This document shows, one piece after another, positions 49,820 through 59,869 of a stretch of 64,000 bases of DNA. The notes beneath the pieces are model-generated. The model saw nothing but the letters and a program-made list of their open reading frames with translations, was not told the origin of the DNA and searched no databases. Position numbers and translations under genes: made by a program. Source of the DNA: Hemiscyllium ocellatum (Eukaryota); contig NW_026869259.1 in assembly GCF_020745735.1 (NCBI RefSeq), positions 62,001-126,000 on the forward strand, written 5' to 3'. The stretch's first letter is position 1. Every line of letters starts with the position of its first letter.

Positions 49820-52050
49820 TATTCACTTGTGGGAAGTGGGCTTCACCGGCTGGGCCAACATTATTTACCCTGTCCCTAGTTGCCTTGGAGAAGGTGGTGG
49901 GAAGCTGCCATCTTGAATTGTTACAGTCCACAAGCTGTAAATTGACTTACAATACTCTTGGGGAGGGAATGCCAGCATTTTGACCCAGCGACAGTGAAGG
50001 AACAGTGATACATTTCCAAGTCAGGACGCTAAGCTTTTTTTGAAGGGAACTTGCAGCTCACCGTGTTCCCATGTATCTGCTGCTCTTGTTCTAAATGGAA
50101 GTGGACGTGGGTTTGGAGGGGAACCATAAGGACTGCAAGTGCTGTAAATCCGAGACAAATATAGAAATTATTGGAAAAGCTCAGCAGGTCTGGCAGCATC
50201 TGTGAAGAGAAATCATTGTTAACATTTCGTGTTCTGATTTCTCTCCACAGATGCTGCCAGATCTGCTGAGCTTTTCGTGCAATTTCTATTTTCCCATATG
50301 GGTTTGGAAGGTGCTATCTGAGGATCTTTGGTGAGTTTCTGCTGAGCATCTGATCAATAATACACGCTGCTGCTATGGAGCAGTGGTGGGAGTGGATGCT
50401 TTGTGGATGTGATGCCAATCAAGGAGGCTGCTTGGCTCTGGATGGTAGCAAGCTTTCTGAGTGGATAAGAATGACACAGGATATGATAGACATAGACAGG
50501 AATGGATTAGAGGGATATGGGCCAAATGCAGGCAAATGAGACTCGTTCACTTCAGAAAACCTGGTCAGAATATAGAAGTTTGGCTTAAGGGTTTGTTTCT
50601 GTGCTGCATGACTCTGTAACACCAATATTCTATGAATGTTGTTGGAGCTGCACCCATCCAGGTAAGTGGGGAGAATTCGATCACATTCCTGACTTGGTTG
50701 ACAGGCTTTGGAGGAATCAGGAGGTGAGTTACTCGATACAGTATTCCTCGCCTCAAACCTGCTCATATAATCATGTGTTTCTGTGGTGAGTCCAGTTGTG
50801 TTTCTGGTCAATGGTACCTCAGAATGTTGATAGTGGGGATTCAGTGATGGTAATAGCATTGACTGTCAAGGGACAATGGCTAGATTGTCTCTTATTGGTG
50901 ATGGTCATTGGCTGGTATTTGTATGGCACCAATGGGAAATATTGCTTCTCAGATGAAATTGGATATTGTGCAGATATTGCTGCATTCGAACATGGACTGT
51001 TTCTGTATATGGGACGTTGAGATTGTGCACTCATTGGCAATGCTCCCCATTCATGATCATTGCCTTGAGTTGCAATATCTGTTTGGAATACCACACACCA
51101 AAATGGAGGGTATTCTCAATGTGAAGGTTAAACTTTGTTTCTACAAGGACTGTGTTATGGTCACTCTTGTAAAAAGTGAGGTCTGCAGATGCTGGAGATC
51201 AGAGCTGAAAATGTGTTGCTGGTTAAAGCACAGCAGGTTAGGCAGCATCCAAGGAACAGGAAATTCGACGTTTCGGGCCAGAGCCCTTCATCAGGAATGA
51301 TGAATTATGGTCACTCTTACCAATACTGTCAAGGACAGATGCATCTACAGCCACAAGATTGGTGAGGGTGGGGTCAAGTACGTTTTTCCATCTGTTTGGT
51401 TCCTTCACCACCAGCTGCAGAGCCAGTCCCTCAGCTACGTCCATTAGGAACCAACCAGCTCGATCAGTAATTCTGCTGCCGAGCCACTCTCAGTGGTGGA
51501 CATTGAAACCCCCCACCCAGAGTACACTCTCTGCTGTCATCACCCTCAGTGCTTCCTCCAAATGCAGTTCAACATCCAGGAGAGACTGATTCATCAGCCG
51601 AGGGAGCAAGATATCTTGAAATCACCAGAAGGTTTCCTCGCCCATGTTTAGGCTGGGAACATGAGATTTCATGGGGTCTTGAATCAACTTTGAGGCCTCT
51701 TAGGGTAACTCACTCCTGGCTGTAGACCACGGTGTCTTCAGTTCTGCTGGGTTTGCCTTTCTGGTGGGACAGGACACATGCAGGGACAGTGATGGTGGTG
51801 TCTGGGACATTGTCTGTAAGGTATGGTTCTGTGAGTATGGCTGTGTCAAGCTGTTGCTTGACTAGTCTGTGAGACAGCTCTCCTGAATTTGGCACTTGCC
51901 CCCAGATGTCAGTAAAGAGGATGGAGCAGGTATGTCAATACCTTTACTGTCTCTGCATCGATGCCTGTGGTCCGTCCGGTTTCATTTCTTTGTTGAGAGG
52001 TCGTCACAATTGATACAACTGAGAGGCTTGCTCGGCCATTTCACAGGGCA
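49820..52050 (-). mobile_element. Mosaic of L2/Crack-group LINE fragments with Penelope tails, right-arm specific
   Basis: Similar to 18185-20030 (e.g. VRNVIEFSPLTWMGAAPT; LDTAILTEPYLTDNVPDTTITVP). Splits the block that is contiguous at 10260-10580. Confidence 0.7.
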
Positions 52051-52709
52051 ATAGAGAGTCAACCACATTGCTGGGGGACAGTGCCAAGGATCCCAACATC
52101 GCGTTCTGACCTCCACGAATTTCCCATTCTGTATGTGGAAGGCTGAAGCCTGTCAGCAGGATATTCAACTACAGGAGCTATCACAGCCTCTGCACAATTC
52201 TGTCCCCACATTAATTCAACACAAATCTTGAATTCGCATTGCACCTTCAATATCCAAAACATTCCAAGGTGGTTCACAAAGTTGCAGTAAGAGGGATGGG
52301 GGAGGGGTTGATGAACATACGAACTAGGAGCAGGAGCAGGCAATTCAGCCCCTCGAGCCCTCTCCACCATTTAATACAATCATGGCTGATCCCATCTTAG
52401 ACTCAACTCCACTTTCCTGCTCACTCTCCATCATCCGTTACACCATTACTCATTAAATGTCTGTCCATTTCCTCCTTGGTGTGAGACAGGGAAATGACCA
52501 CTCCATTTCAGACAGTTGGGCTTTATGGAGCGGGTGGAAGGAAGGTGGGAGAGGACATCAGGATTATGGAGTTATGAGGTGGGATGAACAGGAATAAGGG
52601 TTTCTGTGGTCAAGGGGCTGACGTAGTGCAGAGAGACAATGTTGTGGAGATAGAAAAGAGGCCCACGTGATGGAGAGGATGTGCGGTTTGAAGCTCAGAT
52701 ACTGAAGGG

Positions 52710-53090
52710 TGCAGTGGCATGGAAGCCCATGTTTACTGGTCTCTATTGGAGGATCAGTGGGAACAGGATGCATGCCTACTGGTCTCTATTGCAAGGTTCA
52801 GGGGAAAGAAGGCCCTAGTTTACTGGTCTCTACTGAAGTGTCTTGTGAGATGGTGACCCATGTTTACTGGAGTTTATTGGATGATCCAGTGGGCTGGGGC
52901 CTGTGATTACTGGTGTCTATTGAACGGCCCAGTGTAATGGAGGTCCATGTTTACTGATATGTATTGGATGATCCAGTGTTATGGAGATCCATATGTACTG
53001 GTCTCTGCTGGACATCCAGTGGGAAGGACGCCTATGTTTGCTGGTCTCCATTAGAGAGTCCAGTGGGTCATGGACATCATGGTGGGTGTG
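52710..53090. repeat. About 44-bp minisatellite, about 9 degenerate units (catgtttactggtctctattgga..atccagtggg..ggaggtc)
   Basis: Unit starts at 52728, 52771, 52815, 52859, 52901, 52946, 52990 and about 53033. Shorter inverted arrays at 8150-8300, 26335-26420 and 27680-27830. Confidence 0.85.
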
Positions 53091-53478
53091 GGACTCAGTT
53101 TCTTTCTGTTGTAATTGTATGATGGTCCTGGCCTCATCCCAGCAAAACACCCTGACCCAGAGCCTGACTGTGGAAGGGGAAGGAGAGGGGAAGGGATTGG
53201 AACATTTGTGAATGGACAGGATGGGTCAGTGGGTCAGAGCCTGTCCTGTCCCCCCAGCTCACACTGATGGCCTGAGGATCTCCTCTCTCTGCTGGATCTT
53301 CATGGAATGAGGTTTGTGTCCAAACCAGTCCTCAGTGAGAATAGGCCAACAGCACAGAACTGTCTTCATTTAACAAGAATCTGTCCATCATCTTGAGACA
53401 GGCTAATGCCTGGTCAATGTGGGAAATGGGGCCTTACTCCAGGATAAGACATCCTTCTGAGGTTAAGGGTTTACATCC

Positions 53479-53791
53479 GTTGTTGTAGTTCTGTTTGCCG
53501 AGCTGGGAATTCGTGTTGCAGACGTTTCATCCCCTGTCTAGGTGACATCCTCAGTGCTTGGGAGCCTCCTGTGAAGCGCTTCTGTGATGTTTCCTCCGGC
53601 ATTTATAGTGATTTGTCTCTGCTGCTTCCGGTTGTCAGTTCCAGCTCTCCGCTGCAGTGGCCTGTATATTGGGTCCAGGTCGATGTGCTCATTGATTGAA
53701 TCTGTTGATGAGTGCCATGCCTCTAGGAATTCCCTGGCTGTTATCGGTTTGGCTTGTCCAATAATAGTAGTGCTGTCCCAGTCGAACATCC
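53479..53791 (-). mobile_element. Truncated Penelope (GIY-YIG C-terminus) insertion with ACATCC flanking repeat
   Basis: ORF 53538..53789: FDWDSTTIIGQAK..AREFLEAWHS...INEHIDLDPIY. acatcc at 53473-78 and 53786-91; empty site in the left arm near 6015-6025. Confidence 0.85.
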
Positions 53792-53895
53792 ATTAGTGGG
53801 ACAGAGCAGAGGGAGATTTGCCCTGCAATTAACTGTCACCACCTGGGATACTGTGGGAAAGAGAGGGAAGATAGACAGAATGAGAGTTGGAGGGA

Positions 53896-53935
<40 letters not shown>

Positions 53936-54062
53936 GACGTGCGTCTGCGATAGTGTGAGATGTGCAGAGGGAGCGAGAGAGATGCATTTGGAAGTAGAGA
54001 TGGTGAGGTTGAGGGAAATGGGGAAAGAAATAGGGTGTGAGATAGTGTGACTAAGAGGGACG

Positions 54063-54100
<38 letters not shown>

Positions 54101-55360
54101 CCAGGCAGTTCGAGAGGAAGGATGGAGAAAGAAGAAGGAATAGATAAGAAACAAGAAAGGGAGGAAGTGAGGGAAACAGTGAGAGATGGAGAAATAGAGA
54201 TTATGAGACAGAGTGAGAAAGTGTGCGTGAGTTCAAGAAAGTGATGATGGGACAGAGTGCGAGAGAGAGAGGATGAGAGAGATTAGAAGTGCCAAAGAGA
54301 GAGATAGAGAGAAAGAGTTGGCAGATGTGAGACAGAATGGGAAGAGAGAGAGAGTGATAAAGAGAGAAAGTGATAAAGAGAGAGAGACAGGATCTGGTCA
54401 CCACATTGTACTCGGGAGGATGCAGAGATTTCCCAGGATGCTGCCTGGGCTGTAGGGTCAGAGTGATGAGGAAAGATTAGAAAGACTGGCGTTGATTTCC
54501 TTGGAGCAGTGAAAGTTGAGAGGAAACCTGACAGAGGACTGTAAGATTATGAGGGGCACAGATAGATTCGACAGGAAGGCACTTTTTACATGGATAAAGG
54601 TGTCAGAAACTAGTGTCAGAAACTGAAGGTAACATAGACATGGAAACACAGAAACAGGAGTAGCCCACTCAGCCCTTTGTGTCTGCTCTGTCATTCAGTA
54701 TGATCATGGCTGATCCTCCATCTCAAAGCCATATTCCTGCTTTCTCCCCATTCCATTCATGCTGTGAAAAGGCAAAACAATAATCTTGAATATATTCAAT
54801 TCTCTCTCCTCCATAGCTGTCAGGATCGTAGGTACAGAGTTCAACAGGTTGACTACTCTCTGAGTGAAGAAATGTTTCCTCATCTCAGTCCTAAATGGTC
54901 AACTTTGTATCCCCCAAGACTGGGTCCTCTGGTTCCAGAATTGCCAACCAGGGGAAACCTCCTCCCTGCCCAGCCCTGTTAGAAATTTATACATTTCAAT
55001 CTGATCCCCTCTTATCCTACTGAACTCAAGTGAGTTCAGGCCCAGTCGAGTTGGAGAGTGAGAGGAGAGTTGAGGAGAAATGTTTTCACCCAGAGGGTGG
55101 TGGGAGTCTGGAACTCACTGCCTGAAAGGCTGTTTGAGTCACAAACTCTCGTGACATTGCAGCAGTGTTTAGATATACAATTGTGTTGCTGTAGCTTCCA
55201 GGCCTATGGACCAAGCGCGGGAAAATGGGATTAGATTGTCAGGGTCTTCGTTGTCCAGCACAGACACAATGGGCCAAATGGTCTAATTCAGCACAATTCA
55301 CATCAATATCTCTCTAGGATAGACAGACAGAGAGAGAGAATGGCGGAGACAGAGAGAGAG

Positions 55361-55459
55361 AAGAGGAAGTGTGTGGGGCTGACGTGGCTCTCTCTGCCTG
55401 ATCCCATTTACATACTGAGGAACACCCAGTCAGACTCTCACAGGCTGCAGCTTTATAAA
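55361..55459 (+). promoter_or_regulatory. Promoter of the joined kappa gene: AAGAGGAAGTG (55361-55371), TGACGTGG (55380-55387), variant octamer ATTTACAT (55406-55413), TTTATAAA (55452-55459)
   Basis: Inverted paralog of 4412-4508. Motifs read directly from the sequence; factor assignments are inference. Confidence 0.8.
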
Positions 55460-55519
55460 GCAGAACCCAGTGAAGGGAGAGTTTATCAGGAACCAGGCAC
55501 AGGGACAGGAGCACACACC

Positions 55520-55568
55520 ATGATTTCACACATCCAACTGATCTGGCCCCTGGCATTCTGTGTCGCAG
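55520..55568 (+). CDS. IGKV: Leader exon of the joined kappa gene, MISHIQLIWPLAFCVA(G)
   Basis: ATG 55520, 49 nt, donor CAG|GTACAA, 184-nt intron; near-identical to the left leader. Confidence 0.93.
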
Positions 55569-55752
55569 GTACAAATCTCTCTCCTTCCATCTTGAATCTT
55601 TAGCTGCTCTCCATTTCACTCCAATTCCACTGACTTGTGATTGAAGGGAAAATGCTGAAACCAGAGGAATGCTCAGAGTCTCCAACAATCTCTCATTTGA
55701 CCGGCTCTTTCTGTGACACGTGATTTGACTGTGTTTCTCTCTGACCCCTCAG

Positions 55753-56082
55753 GTATCAGTGGGGACATCATCATGACTCAGTCTCCCCCGGTGCTGTCAG
55801 TGGAACTGAGCCAGACCGCAACCATCACCTGTAAGGCCAGTCAAAGCGTTGGCAGCTACCTTGCTTGGTACCAGCAGCGAGAAGGTCAGAAACCCTCTCT
55901 CCTGATCTATGATGCAACAAAACGATTCACAGGAGTCTCCGATCGATTCACCGGCAGTGGATCAGGGACCAGTTTCACCCTGAAAATCAGCAACGTTCAG
56001 AATGAGGATGTCGCTGACTATTACTGTCAGAAGCTTACAGCTGGTCTTGACACGTTCGGTCCAGGAACCAAGCTCAGACTGA
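55753..56082 (+). CDS. IGKV: Germline-joined VJ kappa exon, DIIMTQ...[21 protein letters not shown](S)
   Basis: A single 330-nt open exon runs from the cag acceptor (55751-52) through V, CDR3 and FGPGT to a GTAAGT donor (56083). No RSS between V and J; leader intron and promoter are retained, so it is not a retrocopy. Confidence 0.95.
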
Positions 56083-56278
56083 GTAAGTAAACCCCATTCC
56101 TCTCTTATTGAACCTGTCAATACTGAAACACAATTTCTAAAACACAAATACTGAATTGTTGAAGGTGTCAGTGAGAAGCTGCAGTGAATGAAGTAGTTGA
56201 CTGAGGAGCACTGTGTCTGACAGGTTGTCCAGCTGTATTTTTATAGTTCCATTCCCCCTTAAAAAGCAAGATATAAGT

Positions 56279-56525
56279 CAGTCAGTTTTACTCACTGTGT
56301 GGAGGAGCTCTGTCCATTTACAGCCTGTGGTCCCATTCCTGCAGCATGGAGTGAAATCAGTGAGTAGCCTCCTGCCAGTCTCAGTGTGACGGACACGGGC
56401 AGAGTTTGATGTGAGCTCTGGCTCCCTGTCCCAGTCTCTGATCTCACTGACCTCAGCAGCAGCAGCAGCAGCAGCAGCACAGTGAGACACCGAGCTCCCA
56501 CCTCCCCCAGCTTTAACTCTGCTCA
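56279..56525 (-). other. Paralog of the J-C intron element: (CTG)8, ATG at 56336, GTGAGT donor at 56295-56290
   Basis: Reverse complement aligns to 2698-2945 with few substitutions. Confidence 0.5.
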
Positions 56526-56989
56526 ATCACACAATCACCGAATCGTTACAGTGCGTAAGGAGGCCATTCCACCCATCTTGTCTGTACTGGTTCTCTGAAT
56601 TCACAATTCACTGAGTGTCATTCTCCTGCCTTCTCCCTGTCACCCTGCACATTGTTCCTTTTCAAATAACAGTCTCATTCCGTTCGGAATGTTTCAATTG
56701 AAGCTGCCTCCACCACACTCTCAGGCCGTGCATTCCACACCTTAACCACCCACTGGCTGAAAATGTTTTTCCTCATTTCACTTTTGTTACTTTTCCAAAT
56801 TACTTTCAATCTGTGGTCTCTCAGTCTCAATCCTTTCTCAATTGGGAACATTTTCTCGCTATTTATTCTGTTCAGGCCCCTCTTGATTTTGAATTGCTCA
56901 AATAAATCTCCTTCCAGCCTTTTCCAAATAAGACAGCCCCAAATTCTCCACTAGATCTTCATAACTGATGTTCCTCATCCCTGGAATGA

Positions 56990-58580
56990 CCTTTGGGAAT
57001 ATAATTTGTCATCTACCCAAAACATTCACATGCTTCCTCAATTAGTCACATTATCTATGTCCCTCATGATTTTATAAATTTCTCAGCCTCTGATACTGCA
57101 GGGAAAATTGCACCAGTTTATTCATCCTCTCCCTATCGTTCAAACCCTCCAAGTCCTAGCAAAATCTTTGTAAATCTTTTTCTGCACCTTTTAAAAGTTT
57201 AACAATATCCTTCCTATCACACAATGATCAGAATTGTTCACATTATTCCCAAAATGGCCTCACCAATTTCCTGTATATCTGCAACATGATGTCCCAACTC
57301 CTATACTCAATACAGTGACCACTAAAGGCAAACGTTCCGAACACCTTCTTCATCGCCCTGACTCCCTGTGATCCAGTTTTAAGGAATGATGCAGCTTACA
57401 CTTACCTTCACCTTCATCCCTCACCCCTCACCCCTCACCCCTCACCCCTCGGTCTCTTTGTTTAGCAACACTCCACAGGGCCCTACCATTAACTGTATAA
57501 CTCCTGCCCTGGTTTGCCTTTCCTTTCCAAAATGCAACATCTCACATTTATCTAAACTGAATTCCATTTCCCACTCCTCTGTCCATTGCCCCATATGATC
57601 AAGGTCCCAAAATAACCTGAGATAATCTTCACTATCTACTGTCCCACCAATTTTGATGTCATTTACAAACGTGTGTTAGCTTGTATATATTCACAGTGAA
57701 ATCATTTATTTAAATGACCAAAAGCAGCGGACCCAGCACCACTCCTTGCGGCACACAGCTATTCACAGCTCTCCGATCTGAAAATCAACCCTTTACCACC
57801 ACTCCCTCTCTCCTATCTTCAAGCTAATGATTTTACCCAAATGGCTGGCTCCCCCTCAATCCCATGTGGTCTAACCTTACTAACTAGTCTACCATGTGGA
57901 ACCTTTTCAAATACTTTACTGAAGTCCATACAGACAGTGTCTACTGTTCTGCTTTCATCAATCTTCTTTGTCAACTCTTCAATTAAATCAGGGAGACACA
58001 ATTTGCCACGCACAAAACCACATTGATTATCCAAATGGATGGAAATCTTGTCCCTCAGAATCCACTCCAACATCTTACCCAGCACTGACATCATGCTCAC
58101 TGGTCTATAGTTCCCTAGCTTTTCCTTACAGCCATTCTGAAATAATGGTACAACATTAGCCAACCTCTCTGGTTCTCCAACATCTTACCTGTAGCTGTCG
58201 ATGATAAACATATCTCAGCAAGGGGCCCAGCAATCTCTTCCCTCGTTTCCCACAATGTTCTGGGATACACCTGATCAGGTCCTAGGGATTTACCTACCTT
58301 CATATGTTTTAAGACCTTTCACATCTCCTCATTTGTATTGTGGACTTTTTGAAAGCATCACTATTTTTTCCAAATTCCGTCGCATTCATGTCCTTCTCCA
58401 CAATAAATACTGACCTGAAATATTTGTTGAGGATCTCACCCATCTCCTGTGTCTTACCAAAATACAGCACTCACAATTATCTGAATTAAATTCCATCTGC
58501 CATTCCTCAGACCACTGGCCCAGTTGGTCAAGATCCCATTGTACTCTGAGACAGCCTTCTTCACTGGCCACGATGCCACC
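56990..58580 (-). mobile_element. CR1 RT and 3' fragments
   Basis: ORF 57819..58163: NVVPLFQNG..KLGNYRPVS...DFSKVFEKVPHGRL. Confidence 0.85.
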
Positions 58581-58779
58581 TAAAAATTCACCTGAACACA
58601 GTCTCACACCTCTGGCCCCTCTCTGCCCTTTACATTGCTACTACCCCAGTCTATATTCAGAAATTAAGGACTCCTTCCCCCCACTTAGAATGACTCTATC
58701 ATATTTGCAGGTTTCTGTAAATTCCTTGCATTTGCACTCCTCCACATTCTTCCCACTGGGTGGTGACTTATTGACTGCA

Positions 58780-59800
58780 CTGAGAATTCTGGGGACCTTG
58801 GTGTTCCTCTGTGATATTCCCCCCTGGCTCCCACAGCTCTGCCAACTTAGTTTAAACCCTCTCCAACAGCACTAGTAAATCACCCCAAAGGAACTCAGCC
58901 CCAGCTCTGTTCAGGAGCAACACTGTCTGGTCTGTCCAGGTCCCATCTCCCCCAGACCCACTCCCAATGTCCCAAAAATCTGAAGCCCTCCCTCCTGGAC
59001 CCTGTCTCCAGCTCCACAGTCACCTGTGTTACCCTCTTGTTCGTCTCTCACTTGCATGGGGTGATGTGAGTAATCTGAAGATTCCAGCCTTTTAGCTCCT
59101 GCTCCTAATTTCCTTCCAAGCTCCCTAAATTCTGACTGGAGGACCACATCCCTTTCCTCCCGCTGTCACTGGGACCGATGTGGACAACGACTGCTGCCTG
59201 TTCCCCCTCTCCCCTCAGGGTGCTCTGTAGTCGCTCAGTGACATCCTTGACCCTGGCATCAGGGAGACAACACACATCCTGGATTCCCATCTGCAGCTGC
59301 AGAAACATCTATCGATTGCCCTCACTCTTGAATCTCCGCTTCTCTCACTCTTCCAGTCTTCTTGTTCCCCCCTCTACAGCTGACCCACGCGTGCTGCCAG
59401 GGACTTGGCTCTGGCTGCACTCCGCAGATGAACCATCATTCTCATCAGGATTCTGAACTGAATCCTGGTTGGAGAGTGGGATGCACTCAGGGGATTCCTG
59501 TACTAGCTGCCTGGTCCTTTTGGACTGTCTGCTGCTCCCCCATTCCCTCTCACCCTGCATACTCTGAAGCTGCAGAGTGACCACATCTAGAAACGTGCTC
59601 TTCATGGACCTCTCAGCCTCACGGATGATCCGCACTGACACCAGCTGCTGCTCAAGCTCCGAAACCCGGAGCTCCAACTGATGCCACTGACCTACACTCA
59701 TGGCATTCCAGGAACTGCAAAGTATCCTGAAATTCCCATATGGATGCACACTCTCTCCACTCTTTGGTTGTCTCTTGGCAAAGTTCTGATGACAAACAGT
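58780..59800 (-). mobile_element. CR1 ORF1 (esterase) remnant, inverted paralog of 400-1440
   Basis: ORFs 59105..59308 and 59345..59815 carry CCLPDARVKDVTERL and QLELRVSELEQQL. Confidence 0.85.
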
Positions 59801-59869
59801 TACAGCAGGGCTCACAGTCCAGTGGGTTCAGTGTTCCAGGGTTTTGGGGAAACTCTCCAGAAGTCTTTA

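Larger units (their letters stand above)
42310..59850. repeat. Right arm of the inverted duplication
   Basis: Same anchors as the left arm, including shared TE junctions. Confidence 0.88.

Noticed and set aside
52710-53090. Regularly spaced repeats that could suggest a CRISPR array
   Set aside because: Vertebrate context; the whole 44-bp unit is a degenerate tandem repeat with no unique spacers and no cas genes.
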